This document shows, one piece after another, positions 53,701 to 64,000 of a DNA stretch of 64,000 nt; the first letter of the stretch is position 1; every line of letters begins with the position of its first letter. A program made the translations under genes and the position numbers. The notes under the pieces were generated by a model. The model was not told the DNA's origin. It worked only from the letters and a program-made list of their open reading frames with translations, and ran no database searches. The DNA is from Candidatus Pampinifervens sinense. Its GTDB lineage: Bacteria > Aquificota > Aquificia > Aquificales > Aquificaceae. Location of the stretch: positions 1 through 64,000 of the forward strand of contig JAXSPP010000004.1 in assembly GCA_037927135.1 (NCBI GenBank), read 5' to 3'.

Positions 53701-55132
53701 AAAGTCTAGAGATGTTAAAGACTCTTCTCTTAGGTGCCCGCCGGGCCTTGAAGGTGTGGTAGTGGATGTGAAGGTCTTTGTAAGGAAGACGGGTGAGAAG
53801 AGGAACTACCTTGCCGAGCATGTAGAGAGGATGGAGAGAGAAGAGCTAGAAAGAGAGCTTGAGAAGAAGAAGAAGCTCATAGTGGAGGGAAGAAACAGGG
53901 TCATAAAGGGGCTTGTGTTGGGAAGGAAGTTGGACAAGGAGGTGGTGGTCAAAAAGAAGGTTTACAAGCCTGGTACGGTCATAGACGAACAAAACTTTGA
54001 AGTGCTCTTGAACTACATAATAACGAAGCCTGAGAACTTCTTTGATGATGAGGAGCTATGCCAGAAGATAAACAGCATAAGGGATAGGACCAAGTTCCAA
54101 ATAGAGATGCTTACAAAGATCTATGAGGAGAGGATGGAGTCTATAGGCAAAAGGAGTGAGCTACCGCCAGGTGTTCATACACTGGTTAAGGTCTACATAG
54201 CCCAGAAGAGGAAGATAAAAGTAGGGGACAAGATGGCTGGAAGACACGGGAACAAGGGTGTGATATCGGTGGTTCTACCTGTGGAGGATATGCCCTTCTT
54301 GGAGGATGGCACTCCTGTAGATATAGTGCTCAATCCTTTGGGTGTGCCCTCTCGTATGAACGTAGGACAGATCTTAGAGACACACCTGGGCTGGGCATCT
54401 AAGGAGCTGGGTAAAAAGATAGGCAAGCTTATAGAGGAAGGTGCTAAAAGGCATGAACTTATGGAATTCTTAAAGAAGATCTATGCGGTGGGGGACCACA
54501 AGGGAGAGAACGAAAGGTATATAGAGGAGTTCTTGTCTGGCTTGAGTGATGAGGAGTTTATGGATGTGATGAGGCTGTATGCGGAAAAGGGCATACCTAT
54601 GGCAACGCCAGCCTTTGAGGGTGCCAGCGAAGAGCATATAAAGGAACTCCTAAGGATGGCCGGCCTCCCAGAGGATGGTAAAACGGTCCTCTACGATGGT
54701 AGAACGGGTGAGCCCTTTGATATGAGGGTGACTGTAGGCTACATGCACATGCTTAAACTCATACACATGGTGGATGATAAGATACACGCAAGAAGCACAG
54801 GCCCTTACTCCTTGGTCACCCAGCAGCCCCTTGGTGGAAGGGCACAGTTCGGTGGTCAAAGGCTTGGAGAGATGGAAGTTTGGGCCTTGGAAGCCCATGG
54901 TGCAGCCCACACCTTACAGGAGATGCTCACGGTCAAATCGGATGATATAGAGGGAAGGACAAGGGTCTATGAAGCTATAGTTAAAGGTAAGTATATCTAT
55001 CAGCCCGGAATACCAGAGTCCTTTAGGGTCCTTGTACGTGAGCTAAAAGCCCTTGGCCTCAATGTAAAGTGTGAAAACGGGGTTTCCATGCCCTGTGATC
55101 AAGTAGAGATTGAGGAGGAGGAGAAGCCATGA
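50720..55132 (+). CDS. rpoB: RNA polymerase beta subunit
   Basis: [43 protein letters not shown] and [14 protein letters not shown] motifs. Confidence 0.99.
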   Translation: MRRSNVALPRKFFGKREEFISPPYLLFLPKESFESFIQFYVKPQEREKKGLEYVFSTSFPFKDPDEKIILEYLGYEVGDWECSKCGYKAYTDPGFLGGYGVECPKCGTPLVHKEKYTEDECKLKGFTYAVPLRVMVRLRTKTKKGERVSEPRKVYFGEIPMMTKTGSFIINGSERVVVNQLIRSPGVFFEEKEERQKETTIIRMIYRASIIPDKGPRVEFELSSTTDVLSTRIDKRKVGSTSILRALGLETAYHILKNFYPDTRAFFVQDGAIFDKETGEEYRLEDLENFYLFAILRYRAKIEERGVEEEIIEERYIEEIDHLERLLKDDRIRVELISAVPRESAVKSPYGKIMIETLISETAPRDQDKKSPLKIPARFSLRDYALVDIYKRLRAVEPMIMELEHLINRARAHFDLYFRDITRYDLSKVGRVKLNAKVHRIPKELKPSDLDRFSQLPPLALAEDVDGYKAGTLLTKEMLSEIFKSKENIKVKDYTEGEARFLSALDLVNTIKYLINLRYGREKKDDIAYLGNRRVRAVGELLENQVRVGIAKMEKFFRDRCTVANPEDPNLKPQDLLNPRYLTGAIYEFLKGGTLSQYLDNTNPLSSLTHKRRLSALGPGGLTRESAKFEIRDVHPSHYGRICPIETPEGQNIGLVTSLTVYAQTNEYGFIVTPYRRVENGRVTDKVEYLAAYEEENYVIAQYTPTDEEGRILSDRVYARYKNDIQIVRAEQVHYMDVSPRQVISVSASLIPFLEHDDANRALMGSNMQRQAVPLIFTSSPLIGTGMERKVAYDSGAVVAAKRGGVVEEVDSRRIIIRVNPEEINLADPTDIGIDVYELKKFERSNQNTCINQRPLVVKGQKVKKGELIADGQSTDRGELALGKDVLVAFMPWRGYNFEDAIVISERLVKDDVYTSIHIEELEVEARETRIGNEEITRQIPGVPERALAHLDEFGIVKIGTYVKPGDILVGKVTPKGEAQLTPEEKLLQAIFGEKSRDVKDSSLRCPPGLEGVVVDVKVFVRKTGEKRNYLAEHVERMEREELERELEKKKKLIVEGRNRVIKGLVLGRKLDKEVVVKKKVYKPGTVIDEQNFEVLLNYIITKPENFFDDEELCQKINSIRDRTKFQIEMLTKIYEERMESIGKRSELPPGVHTLVKVYIAQKRKIKVGDKMAGRHGNKGVISVVLPVEDMPFLEDGTPVDIVLNPLGVPSRMNVGQILETHLGWASKELGKKIGKLIEEGAKRHELMEFLKKIYAVGDHKGENERYIEEFLSGLSDEEFMDVMRLYAEKGIPMATPAFEGASEEHIKELLRMAGLPEDGKTVLYDGRTGEPFDMRVTVGYMHMLKLIHMVDDKIHARSTGPYSLVTQQPLGGRAQFGGQRLGEMEVWALEAHGAAHTLQEMLTVKSDDIEGRTRVYEAIVKGKYIYQPGIPESFRVLVRELKALGLNVKCENGVSMPCDQVEIEEEEKP

Positions 55133-58100
55133 AAAAAGGTCTTTTACCTTTTGAAAGAATAAAGCTTATGCTTGCTTCTCCTGAAGAAATTAGAAGCTGG
55201 AGCTATGGTGAGGTCAAAAAGCCAGAGACCATAAACTACAGGACCCATAAACCGGAAAAGGATGGCCTCTTTTGTGCCAAGATCTTTGGCCCTATAAAGG
55301 ATTATGAATGCCTGTGTGGTAAGTATAGGGGTAAGCGTTTTGAAGGAACTATATGCGATCGTTGTGGAGTGGAGGTTACAAGGTCTTATGTGAGGCGTCA
55401 AAGGTTTGGTCATATAGAGCTGGCAGCGCCAGTGGCCCACATATGGTTCCTAAAGAGCACACCTTCCAAGATTGCCACCCTTATGGGCCTTTCCGTTAGG
55501 GAGGTAGAAAGGGTCATATACTTTGAGTCCTACCTTGTAATAGAGTATCCTATGGACGAGGAGGAAGAAAAGGCCTTCAGAGAACAGGAGGATACCATAC
55601 CCCTAAGGGACGATATGGGCAATGTCAAGTTTGTAAAGCTCCATGTGGTGGATGAGGACACCTATAATGCAGAGTTTGCCACAAGCCTTGAGCACAAGTA
55701 TGAAGGTGGAATGGGTGCGGAGATAGTCAAGAAAGTTTTGGCTTCTTTAGACCTTGAGGCCTATGCCCAGAAGTTGAAGGAGGAGGTAAAGCCCTACAGC
55801 TTTGGCTTTGAAGATCTCTCGGAGGAAGTCTATCAAAAGTACAAGAAGCTCTATGAGCGAATGATAAAGGTGCTTGCAGAAGACCTAAACCTTTACGGTG
55901 CAGATATAAAGGTTCCTGAAGGCCTAACTCTAAACGAAGTACTCCACAGGATCATCTGTAACAAGCTTTACCTCAACCCAGATACGGGCGAGGTCTCAGA
56001 GGAGCCCCTTGAAGGCTATCAAACGGGAAAGGAGGCCATACAAGCCTATTATGAAAGGCTACGTCAAAGAAAGAAGGACTTGCCCGTCTTTGAAAAGATA
56101 AAGCTTGACATCAGGAATGCGGTGCTCAAGGAGGTATCGGAAACAAAGGTCAAAAAGCTTCTAAAGGTTCTAAAGCTTGTGGAGGACTTTATAAAGAGTG
56201 GAAACAGACCAGAATGGATGATACTTGAGGTGCTTCCTGTATTGCCACCAGAGCTTAGGCCTCTTGTGGCCTTGGATGGTGGAAGGTTCGCCACCTCAGA
56301 CCTGAACGACCTCTACAGAAGGATCATAAACAGGAACAACAGGCTAAAGAGGCTCATAGAGCTGGACGCTCCAGAGATAATCATAAGGAACGAAAAGAGG
56401 ATGCTACAAGAGGTGGTATCAGCACTCATAGACAACGGCAAGCGTGGGAGGGTGATAACACAGAACGGAAGACCGTTAAAGTCCTTGTCCGATTATTTGC
56501 GCGGTAAGCAGGGAAGGTTCAGGCAAAACTTGCTTGGAAAGAGAGTGGACTATTCAGGAAGGTCTGTTATAGTGGTGGGTCCTGAGCTCAAGATGCATCA
56601 ATGCGGTCTTCCGAGGATAATGGCCCTTGAGCTCTTCAAACCATTCGTTTACAGAAGGCTTGAAGAGAAAGGTTATGCCACTTCAATAAAGCATGCTAAA
56701 AAGTTGGTAGAGCAGAAGACTCCGGAAGTTTGGGAGTGTTTGGAAGAGGTGGTCAAACAGCATCCAGTGCTTCTCAACCGTGCACCAACCCTTCACAGAA
56801 TGTCCATACAGGCCTTTGAACCTGTCCTTGTGGATGGAAAGGCCATACAGCTTCACCCCTTGGTGTGCCCACCTTTCAATGCGGACTTTGATGGAGACCA
56901 GATGGCCGTTCATGTACCCTTGGGTATAACAGCCCAGCTTGAGGCCTACATCCTTATGCTCTCCACCCAAAACATCCTCTCTCCAGCCCATGGAAAGCCC
57001 ATAACCATGCCCTCTCAGGACATGATACTTGGCGTCTACTACATGACGCAGGAAGTACCTAACGTAAAGGGAGAGGGTAAGCTCTTCTTCAGTAGGGATG
57101 AGGTTCTTTTGGCCCTTGAAAACAAGAAGGTTGATATGCATGCAAGGATAAAGCTTAGGTTGGAAGATGGAAGGGTTATAGAGACCACACCGGGAAGGGT
57201 GCTCTTCAACAGCATACTTCCAGAAGGCTATCCTTTTGTGAACGAGGCCCTAGACAAGAAGAAGATCTCCAAGTTGATAGCCGATGTGTACAAGAGGTTT
57301 GGTGTAGAGAGGACTGCCCAATTCCTGGATGACCTTAAGGACCTTGGCTTCAAGATAGCCACGCAGGCGGCCGTATCTATAGGAATAGATGACCTACTTG
57401 TGCCAAAGGTAAAGAAGGATATAATCCTTGAGGCCTTTGAGCAGACTGACGAGATAGCCGAGCTCCACAGAAGCGGTATAATCACCGCAAAGGAAAGGTA
57501 TAACAGGATCATTGACCTCTGGTCTGAGATCACAGACAAAGTTTCTAAAGCCATGTTTGAAGAGATTGAAAAGAGCACCATTGAGGAGAGGGGTAAGGTC
57601 TATCCAGGTATATTCAATCCCATATACATGATGGCCAACTCTGGAGCCCGCGGAAACAGGGATCAAATAAGGCAGCTTGCTGCGATGAGAGGACTTATGG
57701 CAAAGCACACGGGTGAGTTTATAGAGACACCTATAGTATCCAACTTTAGAGAAGGTCTTTCCGTGCTTGAATACTTTATCTCCACTTATGGAGCTAGGAA
57801 AGGTCTTGCGGACACAGCTCTCAAGACCGCCTTTGCAGGATATCTCACCAGAAGGCTTGTAGATGTAGCTCAAGATATCACCATAGTGGAAAAGGACTGT
57901 GGTACTTATAAGGGTATAGTGATGGAGGCTATAGTGGAGGGTGGTGAAGAGAAGGTGCCTCTGAGGGAGAGGATCATAGGAAGGACCTTGGCGGAAGATG
58001 TGATAGATCCATATACCGGTGAGGTCATAGCTCAAAGGAACCAGATAATAGATGAAGAGTTGGCAGATAGGATAGTCCATGCGGGTATAGAGAAGGTAAG

Positions 58101-59826
58101 GGTGAGGTCGCCGCTCACCTGCGAGTCTCAATACGGCGTGTGTGCAATGTGCTACGGATGGGACCTCTCTCAAAGGAAGCTTGTGGATATAGGTGAGGCG
58201 GTGGGTATCATAGCCGCTCAGTCCATAGGAGAGCCTGGAACACAGCTCACCATGAGAACCTTCCACATAGGCGGTGCTGCTATAGCGGAAAGGGCAAAGG
58301 GTGAGCTTTTAAACGAGAACGCTGGAAAGGTTAAATACTACAACATAAAGCTTATAACCAACAGGGAAGGAAAGAAAATAAACATATCCAAGGATGGCGC
58401 TATAGGTATTCTGGACAAAGACGGCAGGATGGTGGAGCGCCATGCGGTGCCTTACGGTGCTAGCATACTCGTTGAAGAAGGTCAAGAGGTACAAGAGAAC
58501 ACCCTTTTGGCAGAATGGGATCCATTCAACACTTACATAATAGCGGAAGAGGGTGGAAGGGTTGAATTCAAGGACATAGCCCTTGATATAACCGTTAAGG
58601 AAGAGCGCGATCCGTTTACCGGTAAGACCTCCACCGTAGTATCCTTCACAAGACCAAAGGATGCTATGCTCCATACACCCAAGATAGTGATACACACAGA
58701 AGATGGAAGAGAGGTCTCTTACGACCTTCCGGTGAACTCCATAATAAACATACCCGCAGATAAGGTAAGCTTAGAGTGGATTGTTTGCCCCACATGTAGT
58801 GAATCGGAAGGCACGGAGATACAGCACAGATACTACGTGGTAAAGGATTACTATGTACAGCCCGGTGACGTGCTCGCGCGTATTCCAAAGGAGATGGCTA
58901 AGGTGCGCGACATTGTGGGTGGTCTGCCAAGGGTAGAAGAGCTCTTTGAGGCAAGAAGACCTAAGAACCCGGCCATACTCACAGAGATTGACGGTATTGT
59001 CAGGATCTTTGAAGATGCTGATGAGGTCATCATCTTCAATCCGAAGACTGGTGAGACTAGAAAGTACGATATAAAGAAGGATGAGTATATACTTGTGAGC
59101 CACGGTCAGTACGTTCAAAAAGGTGCCAACATCACAGACAGCATAAAGGCGGACATAGAAGGACAGGTAAGGATAAAAGGTAAGGGCTATAGGATAGTGG
59201 TGTACAACAAGGAAACTGGTTTGCAAAGGGAGTACTTTGTGCCAAAGGGTAAGCACCTCCTTGTGAAGAACGGTGATACGGTGAAGGCTGGAGATCCTCT
59301 AACTGACGGAACACCCGTACCTGAGGAGATCCTGAGAATAAAAGGTATGGAAGAGCTCCAAAAGTTCCTGCTCAAAGAGGTGCAAATGGTCTATAGACTA
59401 CAGGGTGTAGATATAAATGACAAGCACTTTGAAATAATCATACGTCAGATGCTAAGACGTAGACGTATAGTGGATCCTGGAGACAGCAGATTCCTTGTAA
59501 ACGAAGAGGTAGAGATAGAAGAACTTCAGAAGGAGATAGAGAGGATAAAGGAAGAGGGTGGAAAGATACCAAAGGCGGAACCCATACTGGTGGGTATATC
59601 AAAGGCAGCCCTAACCTCCAGAAGCTGGATCTCTGCCGCATCCTTCCAAGAGACAACAAAGGTGCTAACCGATGCAGCCTGCGAAGGAAAGGTGGATGAC
59701 CTGAGAGGTATAAAGGAGAACGTGATCATAGGAAACCTAATACCTGCAGGAACGGGTATAGCGGAGTATGCTGAGGTAGAAGTGTTGGAAGAGGAGAAGG
59801 CAAGAATGCTAAAGGATGTGTTATAA
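55129..59826 (+). CDS. rpoC: RNA polymerase beta' subunit
   Basis: [33 protein letters not shown] and SAASFQET motifs. Confidence 0.99.
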   Translation: MKKGLLPFERIKLMLASPEEIRSWSYGEVKKPETINYRTHKPEKDGLFCAKIFGPIKDYECLCGKYRGKRFEGTICDRCGVEVTRSYVRRQRFGHIELAAPVAHIWFLKSTPSKIATLMGLSVREVERVIYFESYLVIEYPMDEEEEKAFREQEDTIPLRDDMGNVKFVKLHVVDEDTYNAEFATSLEHKYEGGMGAEIVKKVLASLDLEAYAQKLKEEVKPYSFGFEDLSEEVYQKYKKLYERMIKVLAEDLNLYGADIKVPEGLTLNEVLHRIICNKLYLNPDTGEVSEEPLEGYQTGKEAIQAYYERLRQRKKDLPVFEKIKLDIRNAVLKEVSETKVKKLLKVLKLVEDFIKSGNRPEWMILEVLPVLPPELRPLVALDGGRFATSDLNDLYRRIINRNNRLKRLIELDAPEIIIRNEKRMLQEVVSALIDNGKRGRVITQNGRPLKSLSDYLRGKQGRFRQNLLGKRVDYSGRSVIVVGPELKMHQCGLPRIMALELFKPFVYRRLEEKGYATSIKHAKKLVEQKTPEVWECLEEVVKQHPVLLNRAPTLHRMSIQAFEPVLVDGKAIQLHPLVCPPFNADFDGDQMAVHVPLGITAQLEAYILMLSTQNILSPAHGKPITMPSQDMILGVYYMTQEVPNVKGEGKLFFSRDEVLLALENKKVDMHARIKLRLEDGRVIETTPGRVLFNSILPEGYPFVNEALDKKKISKLIADVYKRFGVERTAQFLDDLKDLGFKIATQAAVSIGIDDLLVPKVKKDIILEAFEQTDEIAELHRSGIITAKERYNRIIDLWSEITDKVSKAMFEEIEKSTIEERGKVYPGIFNPIYMMANSGARGNRDQIRQLAAMRGLMAKHTGEFIETPIVSNFREGLSVLEYFISTYGARKGLADTALKTAFAGYLTRRLVDVAQDITIVEKDCGTYKGIVMEAIVEGGEEKVPLRERIIGRTLAEDVIDPYTGEVIAQRNQIIDEELADRIVHAGIEKVRVRSPLTCESQYGVCAMCYGWDLSQRKLVDIGEAVGIIAAQSIGEPGTQLTMRTFHIGGAAIAERAKGELLNENAGKVKYYNIKLITNREGKKINISKDGAIGILDKDGRMVERHAVPYGASILVEEGQEVQENTLLAEWDPFNTYIIAEEGGRVEFKDIALDITVKEERDPFTGKTSTVVSFTRPKDAMLHTPKIVIHTEDGREVSYDLPVNSIINIPADKVSLEWIVCPTCSESEGTEIQHRYYVVKDYYVQPGDVLARIPKEMAKVRDIVGGLPRVEELFEARRPKNPAILTEIDGIVRIFEDADEVIIFNPKTGETRKYDIKKDEYILVSHGQYVQKGANITDSIKADIEGQVRIKGKGYRIVVYNKETGLQREYFVPKGKHLLVKNGDTVKAGDPLTDGTPVPEEILRIKGMEELQKFLLKEVQMVYRLQGVDINDKHFEIIIRQMLRRRRIVDPGDSRFLVNEEVEIEELQKEIERIKEEGGKIPKAEPILVGISKAALTSRSWISAASFQETTKVLTDAACEGKVDDLRGIKENVIIGNLIPAGTGIAEYAEVEVLEEEKARMLKDVL

Positions 59827-59827
59827 T
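59817..59827 (+). promoter_or_regulatory. Extended -10 promoter for the str operon, overlapping the rpoC stop codon
   Basis: TGTG-T-TATAAT ending 23 nt upstream of the rpsL ATG. Confidence 0.55.
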
Positions 59828-59850
59828 AAATAGCTTAGGAGGTTTGGCGC

Positions 59851-60264
59851 ATGCCTACCATAAATCAGCTGGTAAAGTATGGAAGGGAAAAGAAGAAGAG
59901 GAAGAGTAAGGTACCCGCTTTGCAGGGCAACCCTCAAAAGAGGGGGGTGTGTATACGTGTCTACACAGTTACACCCAAAAAGCCCAACTCTGCTCTAAGA
60001 AAGGTTGCTAGAGTGAGGCTTTCAAACGGTATTGAGGTCACAGCCTACATACCGGGAGAGGGACACAACCTTCAGGAACACTCCATCGTTCTTGTAAGAG
60101 GAGGAAGAGTAAAGGACCTGCCTGGTGTGAGGTATAAGATAATAAGGGGTGCCCTTGATGCTGCTGGAGTGGCCAACAGAAGACAATCCAGATCTAAGTA
60201 TGGAGTGAAGAAGCCTAAAGCTACACAGCAAGCACAACCTCAAGCCAAAGGAGGTAAGAAGTAA
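59851..60264 (+). CDS. rpsL: 30S ribosomal protein S12
   Basis: [11 protein letters not shown] and [12 protein letters not shown] motifs. Confidence 0.99.
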   Translation: MPTINQLVKYGREKKKRKSKVPALQGNPQKRGVCIRVYTVTPKKPNSALRKVARVRLSNGIEVTAYIPGEGHNLQEHSIVLVRGGRVKDLPGVRYKIIRGALDAAGVANRRQSRSKYGVKKPKATQQAQPQAKGGKK

Positions 60265-60746
60265 TGCCTAGAAAAGGTCCAGTCCCTCCCAGAGAAATAC
60301 CACCCGATCCTAAATACGGCGATGTGTTGGTACACAAGCTTATAAACAAGGTGATGAAGGATGGTAAAAAGTCTGTGGCCGAATGGATAGTCTATACTGC
60401 CCTTGAGGAGGCTGCCAAGGAAGCCAACATGCATCCTGTGGAACTGTTGCACAAAGTGGTGGAGAAGTTAAAGCCGGAGTTTGAAGTGCGCCCAAGAAGG
60501 GTAGGTGGAGCTACCTATCAGGTGCCTGTGGAGGTTCCACCAAGAAGACAGATAAGCTTGGCCATAAAGTGGCTGGTGGAGGCTGCAAGGGAAAGGCCAA
60601 GGCACAAAGGAAGCTACACTATGATAGAGAGGTTGAAGGCTGAACTCCTTGATGCGCTTCAAGATAAGGGTGGAGCCATAAAGAAGAAAGAGGAAACCCA
60701 TAGGATGGCTGAAGCCAACAAAGTTTTTGCTCACTTCAGATGGTAA
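60264..60746 (+). CDS. rpsG: 30S ribosomal protein S7
   Basis: [11 protein letters not shown] and [15 protein letters not shown] motifs. Confidence 0.99.
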   Translation: MPRKGPVPPREIPPDPKYGDVLVHKLINKVMKDGKKSVAEWIVYTALEEAAKEANMHPVELLHKVVEKLKPEFEVRPRRVGGATYQVPVEVPPRRQISLAIKWLVEAARERPRHKGSYTMIERLKAELLDALQDKGGAIKKKEETHRMAEANKVFAHFRW

Positions 60747-60756
60747 GGAGGAAGCC

Positions 60757-62841
60757 ATGCCTAGGTTAGTACCAATAGAGAGATTAAGAAATATAGGTAT
60801 AGTGGCTCATATAGACGCTGGAAAAACCACCACCACAGAGAGGATACTTTACTACACTGGAAAGACCTATAAGATAGGTGAGGTTCATGAGGGAACGGCC
60901 ACTATGGACTGGATGCCCCAGGAGAGGGAAAGGGGCATAACCATCACAGCCGCTACTACCGCATGTTATTGGAAGGATCACCAGATAAACATAATAGACA
61001 CTCCTGGACACGTAGACTTCTCCGTGGAAGTAGTTCGTTCTATGAAGGTTTTGGACGGAATAATCTTCATATTCTCCGCTGTGGAGGGCGTTCAGCCCCA
61101 GTCGGAGGCCAACTGGAGATGGGCTGATAGGTTTAAGGTTCCAAGGATAGCCTTCATAAATAAGATGGACAGGCTTGGAGCCGATTTCTACAGAGTCTTG
61201 AATGAAATTGAGAAGAAGTTAAGCATAAAGCCTGTGGCCATTCAGATACCTCTGGGAGCGGAGGACAACTTTAGAGGTGTGATAGACCTTATGGAGATGA
61301 AGGCCATAATATGGCTTGAGGAGACCCTGGGTGCCAAGTATGAAACAGTTGATATACCACCGGATTATATAGAAAGGGCTCAAGAGTGGCGATCCAAGAT
61401 GGTTGAGGCTATAGTGGAAAAGGATGACGAGCTTATGATGAAGTATCTGGAGGGTGAAGAGATACCAAAGGAGGATCTAAAGAGGGTATTAAGGAGGGCT
61501 ACGATAAACAGGGAGCTGGTGCCTGTTCTTTGTGGATCGGCCTTTAAGAACAAAGGCATCCAACCCCTTTTGGACGCCGTTATAGACTATCTTCCTTCTC
61601 CTTTGGATGTGCCACCTGTAAAGGGTATAAACCCCAAAACAGGTCAGGAGGAAGAAAGAAAGCCGCTGGATGAGGAGCCCTTCTGTGCTTATGTGTTCAA
61701 GGTGATGAGTGATCCTTATGCCGGTCAGCTCACCTACTTTAGGGTCTTCTCTGGAAAGGTTTCTGCAGGAACCTATGTCTACAATGCCACAAAGGACAAG
61801 AAGGAAAGGATTGGAAGGCTCCTTCTTATGCATGCCAACTCAAGGGAAGATGTGCAAGAGGCTGCCGCCGGTGAGATAGTGGCCGCCGTTGGTATGGATG
61901 CTACCACCGGTGATACTATTTGTGATGAAAAGCATCCTATACTCCTTGAAAAGCTAGAATTTCCAGAGCCTGTTATCTCAATGGCTATAGAACCAAAGAC
62001 GAAGAAAGATCAAGAAAAACTCTCTCAAGTGCTAAACAAGTTTATGAAAGAAGACCCAACCTTTAAGGTGAGTGTAGATCCAGAGACCGGACAAACGCTT
62101 ATCCACGGTATGGGTGAGCTTCATCTGGAAATAATCGTAGACAGGATGAAACGGGAATATGGAATAGAGGTCAATGTGGGCAAACCGCAGGTGGCATACA
62201 AGGAGACCATAAAGGGTAAGGCTGTGGCTGAGGGCAAGTTTATACGTCAGACGGGAGGTAGGGGTCAATACGGGCACGTGGTCATAGAGATAGAGCCTTT
62301 AGAAAGGGGTCAAGGCTTTGTGTTTGAAAATGCTATAGTGGGTGGTGTAATACCTAAAGAGTTCATACCCGCTGTGGAGGAAGGTATAAAGGAGGCTATG
62401 CAGAATGGAGTATTGGCGGGATATCCGGTGGTGGATGTGAAGGTAAGATTGTTTGACGGATCTTACCACGAGGTGGACTCTTCAGACATAGCCTTCAAAA
62501 TAGCCGCTTCCATAGCCTTTAAGGAGGCGGCCAAAAAGGCAGGCCTTGTCCTTCTTGAACCTATAATGGAAGTGGAAGTGGAAACACCGGATGAGTATGT
62601 GGGAGATGTCATAGGAGATATAAACTCCAGGAGAGGGAAAATAGTTGGTATGGAAAATAAAGGAGTTATAACGGCTATAAGGGCCTATGTGCCCCTTGCC
62701 GAAATGTTTGGTTATGCTACCACCCTTAGGAGCTTGACACAGGGAAGAGGAACGTTTATAATGAAATTTTCTCATTATGAAGAAGTTCCCCAGAATATTG
62801 CAGAACAGATCATAGGGGAACGTATGGCGACAGCAAAGTAA
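60757..62841 (+). CDS. fusA: Elongation factor G
   Basis: ATG at 60757 behind an [32 protein letters not shown] and [10 protein letters not shown] motifs. Confidence 0.99.
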   Translation: MPRLVPIERLRNIGIVAHIDAGKTTTTERILYYTGKTYKIGEVHEGTATMDWMPQERERGITITAATTACYWKDHQINIIDTPGHVDFSVEVVRSMKVLDGIIFIFSAVEGVQPQSEANWRWADRFKVPRIAFINKMDRLGADFYRVLNEIEKKLSIKPVAIQIPLGAEDNFRGVIDLMEMKAIIWLEETLGAKYETVDIPPDYIERAQEWRSKMVEAIVEKDDELMMKYLEGEEIPKEDLKRVLRRATINRELVPVLCGSAFKNKGIQPLLDAVIDYLPSPLDVPPVKGINPKTGQEEERKPLDEEPFCAYVFKVMSDPYAGQLTYFRVFSGKVSAGTYVYNATKDKKERIGRLLLMHANSREDVQEAAAGEIVAAVGMDATTGDTICDEKHPILLEKLEFPEPVISMAIEPKTKKDQEKLSQVLNKFMKEDPTFKVSVDPETGQTLIHGMGELHLEIIVDRMKREYGIEVNVGKPQVAYKETIKGKAVAEGKFIRQTGGRGQYGHVVIEIEPLERGQGFVFENAIVGGVIPKEFIPAVEEGIKEAMQNGVLAGYPVVDVKVRLFDGSYHEVDSSDIAFKIAASIAFKEAAKKAGLVLLEPIMEVEVETPDEYVGDVIGDINSRRGKIVGMENKGVITAIRAYVPLAEMFGYATTLRSLTQGRGTFIMKFSHYEEVPQNIAEQIIGERMATAK

Positions 62842-62852
62842 GGAGGTAAGCG

Positions 62853-64000
62853 ATGGCGAAGGAGAAGTTTGTGAGAGAAAAGGAGCATGTGAACGTAGGA
62901 ACCATAGGGCACGTAGACCATGGCAAATCTACCCTTACATCAGCCATTACATGCGTGCTTGCAGCTGGGCTAATGCCTGGCGGTAAGGCAAGGTGCACCA
63001 AGTATGAGGAGATAGACAAGGCACCGGAAGAGAGGGAAAGGGGAATAACCATAAACATCACCCACGTGGAGTATGAGACACCCAAGAGGCACTATGCCCA
63101 TGTGGACTGTCCTGGGCATGCGGACTACATAAAGAACATGATTACTGGTGCTGCTCAGATGGATGGTGCCATACTGGTGGTATCTGCTGCTGATGGGCCG
63201 ATGCCACAGACGAGGGAACATGTGCTTTTGGCAAGGCAGGTGAACGTACCATACATAGTGGTATTTTTGAACAAGTGTGATATGGTAGATGATCCTGAAC
63301 TTTTAGATCTTGTGGAGCTTGAGGTGAGGGAGTTATTAAACAAGTATGAGTTTCCTGGAGATGAGGTGCCAGTGATAAGGGGTTCAGCTTTAGGGGCGTT
63401 GCAGGAGCTTGAGGCTGGCAAGCCTGACAAGTGGTGTCAATCAATAGTGAAGCTATTGGAGGCCATAGACGAGTACATACCCACACCGCAGAGGGAAGCG
63501 GACAAGCCATTTTTGATGCCTATAGAGGACGTGTTTTCCATATCTGGGCGTGGAACGGTTGTGACAGGGAGGGTAGAGAGGGGTACATTAAAGCCTGGAG
63601 AGGAGGTAGAGGTAGTAGGGCTAAGGGAGGAGCCCATAAGGACAGTGGCCACATCAATAGAGATGTTTAGGAAGGTGTTGGATGAGGCATTACCTGGGGA
63701 TAACATAGGAGTGTTGCTTAGGGGGTTGGGTAAGGATGATGTGGAGAGGGGGCAAGTGTTGGCGAAGCCTGGAACGGTGAAGGCACACAGGAGGTTCAAG
63801 GCACAGGTGTATGTGCTAACCAAGGAGGAAGGAGGAAGGCATACACCATTTTTTGTGAACTACAGGCCACAGTTTTACTTTAGGACGGCGGATGTGACTG
63901 GTACTGTGGTGAAGTTGCCTGAGGGACAAGAGATGGTGATGCCTGGGGACAATGTGGAGCTTGAGGTAGAACTTGTCAAGCCTGTGGCTATGGAGGAAGG
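62853..64000 (+). CDS. tuf: Elongation factor Tu (copy 2, runs off the right edge)
   Basis: Near-identical to 46054-47201. Confidence 0.99.
   Translation, partial: MAKEKFVREKEHVNVGTIGHVDHGKSTLTSAITCVLAAGLMPGGKARCTKYEEIDKAPEERERGITINITHVEYETPKRHYAHVDCPGHADYIKNMITGAAQMDGAILVVSAADGPMPQTREHVLLARQVNVPYIVVFLNKCDMVDDPELLDLVELEVRELLNKYEFPGDEVPVIRGSALGALQELEAGKPDKWCQSIVKLLEAIDEYIPTPQREADKPFLMPIEDVFSISGRGTVVTGRVERGTLKPGEEVEVVGLREEPIRTVATSIEMFRKVLDEALPGDNIGVLLRGLGKDDVERGQVLAKPGTVKAHRRFKAQVYVLTKEEGGRHTPFFVNYRPQFYFRTADVTGTVVKLPEGQEMVMPGDNVELEVELVKPVAMEE

Noticed and set aside
57394-58266. 290-aa antisense ORF inside rpoC (similar: 26707-27399 inside ftsI, 16658-17263 inside the nucleotidyltransferase)
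   Set aside because: Shadow ORFs opposite conserved genes; the His/Tyr/Leu/Pro-rich composition is what the sense codon bias would produce; no recognisable motifs
1-64000. CRISPR arrays, IS elements, prophage, inteins, rRNA
   Set aside because: No periodic repeats, transposase, integrase or phage motifs, intein termini or rRNA sequence were seen; intergenic gaps are almost all under 160 bp

Overview
A compact, gene-dense chromosomal segment from an Aquificaceae bacterium (Hydrogenobacter/Thermocrinis/Aquifex-like). This placement is inferred from the NusG insertion, the DHH-CBS-fused A-adding tRNA nucleotidyltransferase, an NtrC1-like activator and the sox gene set. About 55 CDS and 10 tRNAs are supported. 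No integrase, transposase, prophage or CRISPR array was seen. The right third is the core translation/transcription block: tRNA cluster-tuf-rpmG-tRNA-Trp-secE-nusG-rplKAJL-rpoBC-rpsL-rpsG-fusA-tuf. The middle holds a soxW-Y-Z-A-X-B-DUF302 operon with no soxCD, next to lipA and a hemerythrin/membrane-protein pair. The most interesting element is a self-contained signalling module at 4200-10581. An orphan lipoprotein solute-binding protein, a periplasmic-sensor histidine kinase and an NtrC1-like sigma-54 activator sit directly upstream of a near-consensus -24/-12 promoter with paired palindromic enhancer sites. That promoter points at a Tat-exported DsrE-family protein and an outer-membrane porin, suggesting a candidate periplasmic sulfur-compound sensing and uptake system. 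The activator gene is broken by a single-base frameshift in a T6 tract. Other oddities are a tRNA-Trp gene whose first base is the last base of the rpmG stop codon, many apparently leaderless genes, and candidate operators upstream of the hemerythrin and sox operons. All calls come from reading motifs by eye; no database searches were run.
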